From NCBI RefSeq assembly GCF_009914755.1, contig NC_060927.1: DNA of 64,000 bases; one strand, given 5' to 3'. Numbering within the stretch: position 1 is the first letter of the stretch; every line of letters begins with the position of its first letter. The DNA is from the human T2T-CHM13v2.0 reference genome, Homo sapiens. The notes beneath the pieces were generated by a model. The model was not told the origin of the DNA. It saw only the letters and a program-made list of their open reading frames with translations, and did not search any database. The position numbers were made by a program, and so were the translations under genes. Shown here one piece after another: positions 1 to 12,126 of the stretch.

Positions 1-480
1 ACATGTTCTAATTGTATTTTAATTAACAGAGTGTGGTATTTGCATAATAGAATATAACAGAGCACCCAGAAAGAGACCCAGTAATATATGGAAGTTTAGT
101 ACACAGTAGATGTTGTATACCATTCCATAAATTATGTAAGAGCATTGACTATTTATATAATCCATACATTCATCCTCACCTTATGCCATATACCAGAATA
201 AATACCACTGAAATGAGGATTTAATTGTTTGGAGAAACTACAGGAGATATTATGATCCTGAAGTAGAAAAGTTTTTTCTAACTGGACACACACATGTGCA
301 CATACACTACCACCATGAAGAAAATGATTGAGGTATCCCATTACCTTACATTTATCTTAAAACAATATCATAAAATATGGTTAAGCAGAAAGTCGCGAAC
401 TACACAGAAGCTTTGCAGCCACATATAACCAAAACACATAAATTCAGTATCCTTGATTTTGTAAGAACTTCTAAAATTTA
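1..480 (+). mobile_element. Highly diverged old L1M ORF2 3' fragment
   Basis: agaatataacagagcacccagaaagagacccagtaatatatgg resembles old L1 ORF2 'agaatagagagcccagaaatagaccc'; boundaries approximate. Confidence 0.4.
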
Positions 481-1164
481 CTGTGAAAAACAAATCGTTT
501 ACTTAAAACATAGACATTGGTTGTAAACAAAGCGCAGAAAAACACTCATGAATGTTATGTATTTGGAACAGCAGAGATTCATAAAAGTGTAATATTTCTG
601 TATCATTTTAAATAGAAGTTTCCTAAATAGAGTCAACAGAAGAACAAGTGATGGAAATGGCTACCACTAATGGAGTCATTCGCAGCTGCTACTCAGATGG
701 GTAAAAAGCTGAGAAAAGCAAAGTTGGAAAAGGCACCAGGCAAAGGGCATTTTTCTTCAGTGTGGGCCTCTGAAGGGATCACTTTGGAAACATGAAAAAA
801 AAAGAAAAAGGCTAAAAGTTATTTGGGATTATTCTTGGGTTGGGGAAAAACAGAAGAGATAACTTGGTGTTGTGAGGAGAGAAAGCCCGTGGAGCTTGTA
901 CTGGAGCCTGTTTTGACCATCAGATAGCAGGCCCAGGTGCTTGCTGCTGGACCATGATGATAAGAATGGGGTGGTGAAGAAGCATGGCTGGTGGAAATGG
1001 AAAGGCATTAATAGAAATGGACATTAAGGGTAGATGGAAACTTCCAGGAAGGATAGGCATGCCACCATTGCAAATACTCATAATTTGAAAAAAGTCAAGA
1101 ATTGTTCAGATGTCCTACTTCAACACATAAGATGGTCTGCTTGACAAAGAGTGTCACAAACAGT

Positions 1165-1546
1165 TTTTAATTTTAATTTTTTGGGTACATAGTAGGCATA
1201 TATATTTATAAGGTACATGAGACATTTTGATACAGGGATGTAACGGGTACTAATCCCATCAGGGTAAATGGAGCATCCACCACGTCCAGCATTTATCCTT
1301 TGTGTTACAAGTGATTCAATTGTACTCCTTTGGTTATTTTAAAGTATACAATAAATTATTGTTTACTGTAGTCACCCAGTTGTGCTATCAAATACTAGAT
1401 CTTCTTTATTTTATCTAACTTTTTTTTTTGGTACCCATTAACTAGTTTCACTCCTCTCTTGCTACCTTTTCCATCCTTTAGTATCCATCCTTCTATTATC
1501 TCCATGAATTCAATTGTTTTAATTTTTTTTTAGCTCTCACAAGTAA
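1165..1546 (-). mobile_element. L1MA-type 3' UTR fragment
   Basis: T-rich start then ttgggtacatagtagg...tacatgagacattttgatacagg...gtagtcacccagttgtgctatcaaatactagatctt, the reverse complement of an L1MA 3' end. Confidence 0.8.
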
Positions 1547-2384
1547 CTTTTTTTCTCATGGAAGACTGCTAGCATTCTGTTGAATGTTTTGGTAAATATT
1601 CATCTAGATTATAATTTGTGTCCTGGAAACACTGCCAGGGCTCAGAAAGTGTCAATTATATTTTTAAAAATCTATGTTTAGATAAAGTCTTACAGTAATA
1701 GCATTTGTTCTGTGTGGGCCTTGATTTAATATATAGATGGGTGATAAAGGGATTAGCATTATGATAACTCACTGAATCATTGAAAGCATGTGGGGCTGGA
1801 GTAGCCTATTTTGGGTGAGGCCAAAGAAGCAGCACTGGTTTCAGTGGAAGACCAACTGCACTTTCTAAAGATATGATCCTATCAAGCATGTGAGTGAGTG
1901 TAGAACTGGCTTGGATAAGGTGAGTAGCATGAAGGTAGTCTTTACAGAGAGTGCAATATGATTTTCTCTGTCAGAATAGTGAATTTATTTGATATTAATA
2001 ACATAATGATCTTTATTAGGTTAAAGATTATAAGGTGATGGCAAATCTATTCCTTTTTATTTTAATAATACTGTGCATAATTATTGGGTTCACAAATAAC
2101 ATAAACAACTTAACTGAATAACATAAATCAGATTTCAAAATGGAATAAAAAGTGATTTGTTGACCTAGTGTAGAGTGTGGCCATGCACTAAGTCCAGCAG
2201 AAGACATGATCTCATTCATTTCTGAAGTGTTTGGAGTCAACATCAAAGTGATGTTTGTCATGTGATTGAGGACTTGCAGTGTGCCTCATTGGTCCCAGGT
2301 AAATACACAGGAGCATGGAAAAGGATGTGAGAATCATTTTGATAAAGACATACTTGCCTTTTATAACATGTGGATATTCCCCAC

Positions 2385-2438
2385 TCTGACCTCCAGGGGA
2401 AAGAACATTCTTTCTTCCCTCAAATTACCTAATTAATC
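2385..2438 (+). repeat. Left arm of 54-bp inverted repeat (partner 3329-3382)
   Basis: tctgacctccaggggaaagaacattctttcttccctcaaattacctaattaatc; its reverse complement matches 3329-3382 at 53/54 positions. Confidence 0.95.
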
Positions 2439-2606
2439 TATTAGCCAGAATAGCCCCAATCCTGGCTAATCATTGGAATAGGTCTAGGTTATTAGGAAAA
2501 AGAACCCATAGCAGTGGGATGTAAGCAACAGCTCTTTCATCTCCTCAGCCCACATTCCACGGAGGAGAGTTGGTGAAGGTCAAGGCCAGAGTTGTTGCTA
2601 ATTTAT

Positions 2607-2775
2607 GCTTCATGGGCATATAATCTATGCAGTCACCTAGGACCCATACCTAAAAGAACCCATACTTGGTTTAACGCCCTGCTGTTGCCATATTGAAATT
2701 CATCATCATTTTCAAATGAGGGTTTCCTGCATCATTATTTTGCATTGAGCCCTGAAAATTATGTAGTCAGTCCTG
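2607..2775 (+). mobile_element. MER45A-like hAT-Tip100 DNA transposon relic
   Basis: gcttcatgggc...tgcagtcac...cttggtttaacgccctgctgttgcc...ttgaaatt...ttttgcattgagccctgaaaattatgtagtcagtcctg follows the MER45A consensus layout including its 3' terminus. Confidence 0.7.
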
Positions 2776-3328
2776 ACCATAGTGTAACACTTGCACATTT
2801 CTGTGTGCCTAGGGATTTTGGAAGCTCTTGAGTCTTCTTTGAGCCTTCTTTTTGGATATTGCTGATTGTAGATCATGAATTTGAGGTGATAAGAGAGGCC
2901 AGGGACCCCTAATTATTGATAGGAAAATCCAGTAGAAAGGGAAGAAAAGCTGAGGAAGAGGAATAGGAAAAATTAGCCTTACAATATTGGGAAATGAGAA
3001 CAGACATCCTTTTGAAATGATGAGGTAAGATTATCTGAATTATTCAGCCAAGTCCCTAACGTACGCACATAAAAACACAATTAAATTAGCCTAAATGTTT
3101 ACTAGTGCTCAGTCTTTAAATACAAACTCCAATATAGAACTCCAGCAATCTAGACTAGTACCTATGGAAAACTGTCCCCCAAACTCAGACTCAATCGCAA
3201 AGTGCCCCAGTTTGAAAGATCTCTACATTTCTCAGCATCAGGAGAAAATTTATCATAATTTTATTGATAACTCAAGAATGTGAGCTTTGTATTCTGACCA
3301 ATAAGACTAATACTCCTTCTTGAAGGTG

Positions 3329-3382
3329 GATTAATTAGGTAATTTGAGGGAAGAAAGAATGTTCTTTCCCCTGAAGGTCAGA
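3329..3382 (-). repeat. Right arm of 54-bp inverted repeat (partner 2385-2438)
   Basis: gattaattaggtaatttgagggaagaaagaatgttctttcccctgaaggtcaga. Confidence 0.95.
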
Positions 3383-4659
3383 AATATACTTTTCAAATAT
3401 ACATAATTTTTAAAAGCTCCAGTTGTTACCAATAATAAAAATTTTATAGGTGACTGCATTTCTTTTCTCTCTGCAGTCTAGTAGCTGTAGTCCAGAAGTT
3501 GGAGGAAGTTTCCCTAAGGGCTAAAACCGTTAGGATCACCAAACAAGAATGTTCAATGTGAAATGCAGTGAGCTCAAACAATTTACAGCTTTCATTCTCT
3601 CTTTCCATAAATGGCACTTCATTGTTCCTCAATAGGCTGGAGGGAAATGGGTTTATTGCATTCATTTTAAGAAATATTCCTTCACCTCTTTTGTGGGCCT
3701 TCCCACAATTTCAGTTATATTTCATCTTCTTAGAAGTTTGCTAAATGTAGCTTCAAGCAGCTCACTCTGGTAGGTGTGCTCGAGCCATTATCATCCATTT
3801 TTCAATAAAGTTGTGGGTGAAAGTGTCATTGATTCTTTTTCACCAGGAGAGAATATTAGCTTTTTATCCTCATCATATTATCTCTCTGCTTGACTGATAA
3901 AACTGTCATGCTAGAGGAAAGGTCAGGAATTATCGAGTGGGTGTTCATTAATTCATCTTTCATCCCCTTCTTCCAACAAATGTATTGGGAATGTAGCAGA
4001 AAATTTGTGTTTATAAGATGAAAATAGAAGAGAGATAAATAGATGAAGTCCTCATGGATTAATGATTTCATTTTGCTGCCTAGAAATATGTGTGAGCTCT
4101 AAAGGGTGTTCATGTTAAAACTTATAGTTTCCCCTTATTTCATTTTCTTATTTTGAGAAAAAGATCTCTCAAATGACATTTAGCTGAGCAATACGGTTTC
4201 TTTTATGGGTTAAAAATTCCTGGCCATGGGAGGGGGAGGGAGAATACGAGACGACAGATGCTTCGGATGCCAGGAAAAAGATGTTACCATTCTCATTATT
4301 CAACGCACTCAATGAAGTCATAATTAGTGTGAGTTACTTCTAATTATATTTTATTTTCCAGGCAACATTGATTAATGCTGTGATGAGCAACTTAGGATGA
4401 GGAGGATCAAAACAGAAAAGATTTGTTAGATCACCAGTGGGTAATTCAGAGGAAACCAAACAGTAAACATGGATAATAACACTAATGGACCAGCTCCAGG
4501 TGCCTCTTTACTTTCCATTCCACTTTTTAAAAAATTTTTTATCTTGCCCTATATTTTTCAGATGATGAGGCTGATAGTTTAGGACTTTTTCCACATGCTA
4601 ATGCTACTCTCTAACTTTAAAACAGCAATCTCACCAAACACCTGGGAGAGAGCATGCTT

Positions 4660-4800
4660 TTAGTTAGCAAGATCTAGATTGAATCTCAAATTGGCCATTT
4701 AATAGTTATATGACATTGGGCAAAATACTTGACTTATCTGCAGCTCATTGTTCTCATGTAAGAAAGGAGAGGAAAGGGTGATAGGTGATTATTCTACAAA
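4660..4800 (+). mobile_element. MIR relic
   Basis: tgacattgggcaaaatacttgacttatctgcagctcattgttctcatgtaagaaagg matches the MIR core. Confidence 0.55.
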
Positions 4801-4814
4801 GTTTTACATTGTCT

Positions 4815-5190
4815 CTGAAGTCAGAAACTTAGAAGTCATCTTTGATTTGACCCTGTTTTCCATCCCTCACATCTAATTGACCAGTAAGCCTTCTCCAACT
4901 CTATCTACAAAATATCTTTTGAGATTATCACCTGCTAATTTTTCTGTAGACCAGAACTTCACCACATCTGATTTGGACTATTGAAATGACCTTCTAGTTG
5001 GTTTTTCTTCCTCTAGTCTGACACCCTTTTCCAATTTATTTCTCACTTATTCAAGATAATATTCTTTCCAGTTCCATATCTTATTCAATTCCTGGCCATT
5101 CATTGTAACCAAAAAAGTGACAGTAAAGTCTAGATGGCTTTTAATGATATGTGACCTTTTCCACAGTCTGGCTGTAGCCTGAAACTCTAA
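4815..5190 (+). mobile_element. L2 fragment
   Basis: tcagaaacttagaagtcatctttgat...ccctcacatctaattgaccagtaagcc...ctctatctacaaaatatct...ggactattgaaatgaccttcta are typical L2 body motifs. Confidence 0.6.
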
Positions 5191-5445
5191 TTGTTTCTTT
5201 ATTTATCTCTATAATACTTAATTAACCTTGTTGAGCCAGCTATTGAATTCCTTTGTGCAGGCTTGTCCCTAGGGCTATGGAGTCACTCTACAAGGCGTTG
5301 CTTTACTTGTCCAGTAGCTTTACTGTTTACTATTTATCTACTGAAGCACAGCTTAAACATTTCTTCTCAACCCTTCTTCCTCCTTTGAATAATCTTTATT
5401 ATTTGAACAAACTTGTATTATTACATTTATTGAACTATATAGGAT

Positions 5446-5567
5446 TTGTTTTACATATACCCCTTTTTAGAGTATATCTTCTAAATGGAAGAGACTATCC
5501 ATATAATCCTTGTATACTGAGTCTAGAACAGTGTGAGGTTTAGGACATGAATGAATGAATGAATGAA
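5446..5567 (+). mobile_element. L2 3' end ending in (TGAA)n; 5446-5533 has a diverged direct copy at 6288-6377
   Basis: ctagaacagtg followed by atgaatgaatgaatgaatgaa (L2 terminal repeat). Confidence 0.5.
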
Positions 5568-6039
5568 GTCATGAGCATTTGATAGGATCAGTTATGTAAA
5601 CTGTCATGATCACAGTCCATATTAGGTGCCCAAGGTTAGTCTCCCTATGTCCTCCCCTTTTCTCCTTTCTCAATGTCAGTGCCGTAATTTTTTAAATGTT
5701 GTGGAAAAGCCAGGAAAATACCCTTGACAAAGGCTTACTTTAGGAAAACTAAGTACAACAAATTCCATTGCAAGCAGCAGCAGAATAGGTTCATGAAAGC
5801 CACCAAACGTGAAGTGAATGATAACGAGTTAAATCATTTACATTAACTTCTCATTGCTGTAAATCTTCATAGGAGAAAATCCATCTCCCATCTTTCACCC
5901 CTGAATTTTACCAAGCTATTTGGAAGTCCACTGAAAGAGCCTTACTGTAAGCTGCTTTCTCTTTCTGGGATAGTTTTCTCTCTCTCTTCAGAGAGATTAT
6001 TCATTTTCCCCTTTCTTCTGGGAAGCAACCCAAATGCTC

Positions 6040-6250
6040 CAAGGCTGGGTTAATTACCTCTTTTCTGTTCTCATGTCCTCTGTGCTTTCTACTTTCCACA
6101 CTGTCTTGTAATAATCGATTTACACATTATTCTTCCCCATTTGACTGTCAGCTTCCTGAAAGCAGGATTGATGGTTTATTGATTCCTTTGATGCAATGCC
6201 TTATACAATGTAGATATTCACTAAATATTTGAAGTAGTTAGTGAGTGAAA
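6040..6250 (+). mobile_element. L2 3' end
   Basis: ttgactgtcagcttcctgaaagcagg...tgccttatacaatgtagatattcactaaatatttg. Confidence 0.55.
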
Positions 6251-7289
6251 AAATGACTAAATCACTGAGGGAGGAATTTTTCTCTTATTGTTTTATATAT
6301 ACCTCTTTCTAGAGTTTATCCCTCTAGGTGGTAGAGACTGTTCTACATAATCTTTGTATTCTGTGTATAGAACAGTGGTTCACCTGTTACTCAGGACTGA
6401 TGGGAGACAAAAGCTCTGAATTCAAGGAATACTGAGCCCAGCCTTTCTCCACTAAGAGAAGTGGAAGATATAAAAGGATTAATCAGGAAGAATTCAGAAA
6501 TGTAATCACACCCTGACAATCCTGACATTCACCTGCAAACATTTGTATTGTCCTCTTTTCAGTTTCTCATTAAAACCTGCAAAAATGATGGGGAAGTTAA
6601 ACAGCACTTGCCTGGCACTTAATTTTTTCCTCTTTTAAACCTGCAAGTTCTAATTAGCTGTTGCCCACATATGGGTCAGAGTTCACCTCTCTGCTGAGAA
6701 CAGCCTGTCCACTGATCCCAGACACCCCCACTCCTGCCTTTCTGCCTGCATTTTTAGAATGCCATAACACTTAGGGGAGCTTCTCCTGATTAAAAGGTTT
6801 AAAAATGAGTCAAGATGGAAGGCTAAAAATAACTGAAATGCCCCTGCTGTCCCAGTTATTAAATGATGGTCTGGCAGTTAAACCCCCCAGGCAGTGCCTC
6901 GGGCAGACTAAGTCCAGCACCTCATCATTATCCTCCCGGAAATCCTTGGGTTGGATGAATCTGCAACCATTAGCTAGAATGGAAAGGTTTTGACCTGTCA
7001 TTTAAACAAGAAAAATCAACCAAGCCAAGTTCTTCAATATTGGGAAATTTTTAGTGTTATAAGAAACCATGCATGACCTTTAATTTGTACAGGAATATTA
7101 GGGGAGCAGGAGCATCTTAATGCTTCTCTTACTGTCTACCTTCCATTTGTGCCATTGCCAGTCTGATGTAGGTGGTGTTCTTGTGCCTTTGAAGACACCT
7201 CCACATTCTCTGTGTCATAGCTCTTGTTGTTGTGGGAGGTACCGCAGAGCGGTGGCCAGGAAGGCAGCCTCTGGTATCAAGTTGTTCAG

Positions 7290-7505
7290 GAGAGGATGTC
7301 AGGTCTGCCATTTACCAGCTGTATTGTCTTGAACCAGCTACTTTACCACTCTGTACTTTAGTTTACTTATTAATAAAGTGGAGGTAAATGTAATCTCTAC
7401 CTCATGGGGTTGTGGTGCAAAAATTAAATGAGATAACACATGTACCTAGTTCCTTTAAGACTGTCTAGGATACAATAAATGCTCAATACATTTTAATGGC
7501 TATTA
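7290..7505 (+). mobile_element. MIR relic
   Basis: tctgccatttaccagctgta...tctacctcatggggttgtgg...attaaatgagataa...taaatgctcaataca. Confidence 0.65.
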
Positions 7506-8101
7506 TTACTGTAATGTTATTTTTATAATTATTATCATTTTACTCTTTATTTGCATGCCTGCCTTTCATACTGGATTGTGAATATCCTGAGAGGAGGAAT
7601 GCCATTTTTTGGCTCTGAATCTCCAGGAGATAATATAGGGCTCTGCTCGTAGTAGAAACACAATGAATGAATGTTTGAGTACTTAAAAGAACCTAATTCA
7701 ACACCTTCATTTTAGAGACAAGAAAACAGAGACCACATATCAGAGAGCAATTGGAATTATAACTCAGATTTTCTGGGTGCTATTACTGTGTGATTTCCTA
7801 CTACAACAGGAATATCTGTGCAAGAAAAAAAGAAAAGTGAAGTTGGCTTCATATTCAGTGGATTTGGCCAGTGATAGAACTTGAGAAGAGAAGGAGGACT
7901 TGAATGTCATACCTATGCAGGGTGTTATCTAAATTCTATTGTGTTAGTGTATTATCTATACTCCAGACAAATTTTCTAGAGATTTCTGGGTCATCAATGT
8001 AAAAATCATCTAATTTAATAATGCCTTTTAAATATGTATAGAAAGATAGATATACATTTTAGATATATCTATACACACATATGACAACATAGAAAACCAA
8101 A

Positions 8102-8510
<409 letters not shown>

Positions 8511-8877
8511 TCATACAAGTTATCAATTATTGAATACCCATTAAATGACATATATTTTCTTAGATTACTTATGTTAATAATCTTACTTTTTTCTTATGCA
8601 CCTCCCCATTTAACAGATAAGAATCCTACAGCTTACAGTGATTAGGTAAACTTCCAAGGTTATGTAAATAGAAAGTGGCAGAGATGAACACTATGACTCA
8701 TTAGCAGAATGCCTCAAGATCACTCACTGTCATATCAAACCACCTCTGCAACCATGCTTAGAAACTTTGAACTTGTGTGAACTAGAAGAAAAACTGACAT
8801 CAATGATAATCATAAATCATATCCGATGTATAAGTTGAACTTCATGTTACTTTGCTTGTTTTCAAAAGGAGCTTTAG

Positions 8878-9773
8878 ATTTCTGCTTTTGGCAAAGATGG
8901 AATAATGGGACTGGATTTACTCTCCTGCCTGCAACAACCAATAAAAAAACAAAATATATATTTTTAAGATACTGAATATTAGGCAAGGAAAATGATCTCT
9001 GAGAGACAAAATGAAAACATTCAGCACACTAAAAATAGAAGGGAACTTCCTCAATTTAAGAAAGGGAACCTACAAAAACCCACGGCGGTCAACACACTTA
9101 AAGACAGGTCAGGACTTACACCAGACCATCTGCTCTTAACATTTTATTAGGTATTTTACTGGAGGTTCTAGCCAGTGTAATATGGCAAGAAAAAGAATAA
9201 GTCATTTCAATGGAAAATGAAGAAGTAAATCTGTTTTTATTTGCAGATAACAGAATTTCTACATAGAAAATCCAACAAAATATACAGAAAAACTATTGTA
9301 AGTAATAAGTAAATTTAGTAATACTGCAAGAAAACAAGACTCATATAAAATATATTTATATGCACTAGTCATTAATAATCAGAAATTAAAATATAAATAA
9401 TACCATTTATGAATATGAAGTACTTAATATCATTCAAATATGAAGTACTTATCTTTCAAAAATATGAAATACTTAAACATAAATCTGACAAAGGATGTGA
9501 AAGACTTATACACTGAAAGCTATAAAACAGTACTGAAAGAAATTATAGAATATCTTAAAAAATGAAGAAATATACCATGTTCATGGGATAAAAGACTCAA
9601 GATTGTAAAGATATCAATTCTTCCCAAATTGGTCTACAGACCAAACAGAATCCTAGTAAAAATTTAAGTAGGCTTGTTTTGTTTGTTTATATAAATTGAC
9701 AAGTTAATTTTAAAATATATATGGAAATACAAAGATCTTAGAGTAGCTGAAAAATTTTGGAAAAAGAAAAAGC
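8878..9773 (+). mobile_element. Old L1M (L1MC/MD/ME-type), left part: 5'UTR tip joined directly to mid-ORF2
   Basis: ttctgcttttggcaaagatggaataatgggactggatttactctcctgcctg (old L1M 5' end), then RT-region ORF2 (ctggaggttctagccagtg...tttgcagataac...) from ~9010; continues at 19846. Confidence 0.7.
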
Positions 9774-9774
9774 A

Positions 9775-10075
<301 letters not shown>

Positions 10076-10082
10076 GCATGAA

Positions 10083-12126
10083 GGGTCCAGTCATGATGGT
10101 TGAATGGCTGACTAGAAGCAGCTAATATGCACCACTTCCATGAAGAGAAGAGTGGTGACTGGAACCTTCAAGTAGACACACTGGGATTCATCAAGGAAAC
10201 AAAGTGACCCACAGAGAATGAAGAAGAGCAAGACAGGACAGCAGCACACCTGGGAGTGGCATAGAGCTTTCTGGACTAACTTGGTCATACAAAAAGAAGA
10301 AAAAACAATAAAAAAGAATGAATAAAACCTCCAAGAAATTTGAGGTTATGTAAAGAGACCAAATGTATGATTGACTCCTTGATGTCCCTGAAAGAGAGAG
10401 AGAGAAAGCAAGCAAGTTGAGAAACATATTTCATGATATCATCCATAAACATTTCCCCAACCTCACTAGAGAGACCAATATTTAAATTGAACAAATGCAA
10501 ATAACCCCAGCAACATACTGTTCCAAAAAATTGAGGAGGAAGGACTCCTCCCTAAGTCATTCTATGAGGTCAGTACAGTATCATCCTCATACCAAAACCT
10601 GGCAGAGACCCAAAAACAACAACAAAAACTTCAAGCCAATATCCTTGATGAATACAGCTGAAAAACTCTTCAAAAAAAAATATTGGCACACCGAATTCAG
10701 CAGCACAGCAAAAAGCTAATCTACCACAACCAAGTAGGCTTTATCCCTGTGATGCAAGATTGGTTCAATGTACACAAATCAACAAATGTGGTACATCACA
10801 TAAACAGAATTAAAAGAAAACCCACATGATCATCACAATCATTTCAGGAAATGTTTTTTATAAAATTCAACATCCCTTCAATGTTAAAAAAACCATCAAC
10901 AAACTAGGAATTGAAGGAACATAATTCAAAATAATAAGAGCCATCTGTGAGAAACCCACAGCCAACATCATACTGAATAGGCAAAAGGTTTAAGCATTCT
11001 CCTTGAAAACTGTAATAGGACAAGGATACCCTCTCTCACCACTCTTATTCAACATAGTACTGGACATCCTACCCAGAACAATCAGGCCAAGAGAAAGAAA
11101 TAAAAGGCATCCAACTAGGAAGAGAAGAAGTCAAACTCTTCTTGCTTGCAGACAAAATGATTCTGTATCTAGAAAACCCCATAATCTTTGCCGAAAAGGT
11201 CCTTGTTCTGATTAACTTAAGCAAAGTTCCAGGATACAAAATCAATGTACAAAAATCAGTAGCATTCCTATACACCAACAACATTTACACTGAGAGCCAG
11301 ATCAAGAATGCAACTCCATTCATAATAGCCACTAAAAGAATAAAATGGCTCAAAATACAGCTAGATAGGAAGATGAAAGATCTCTACAACAAAAATTACG
11401 AAACACTACTCAAAGGAATCAGAGATGACACAAACAAACGGAAAAACATACCATGCTCATGGATAGGAAGAATCAATATTTTTAAAATGGCCATACTGCC
11501 AAAAGCAACTTACATATACAATGCTATTGCTATCAAATTACTAATGACATTCTTCATAGAACTAGAAAAAAACTGTTTTAAAATTCATATGGAACCAAAA
11601 AAGAGCCTGAATAGCCAAGCCAATCCTAAGCCAAACAAACAAACAAACAAACAAAGAACCCAAACCTGGAGACATCATGTTACCTAACTTCACACTATAC
11701 TACAAGGCTACAGTAAACAAAACAGCATGGTATTGGTACAAAACCAGATATATAGACCAATGAAATGGAATGCAGAGCTCAGAAATACTACTACACACCT
11801 ACAACCATCTGCTCTTTGAAAAAGTTGATAAAAACAAGCAAGGGGAAAGGACTCCCTGTTCAATAAATAGTATTGGGATAACTGGCTAGTCATATGCAGA
11901 AGATTGAAAATGGACATGTACAAAAATCAATTTAAGATCGATTAAAGACTTAATGTAAAACCTAAAACTATAAAAACCCTGTAAGAAAAGCTAGGAAATA
12001 TCGTTCTGGACATAGACCCTGGCAAAGATTTCATGACAAAGAGACCAAAGGAATTGCAACAAAAAATGAAAATTGACAAGTGGGACCAAATTAAACTAAA
12101 GAGGTTCTGCACAGCAAAAGAAACTA
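10083..12126 (+). mobile_element. L1PA15/16-like element, left part (5'UTR tip + ORF1 piece + ORF2 RT region; two internal deletions)
   Basis: 5' atggctgactagaagcagct; ORF1 piece 10270-10520; ORF2 from ~10520 (ORF 11142..11687 is L1 RT/thumb-like); resumes at 18863. Confidence 0.85.
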
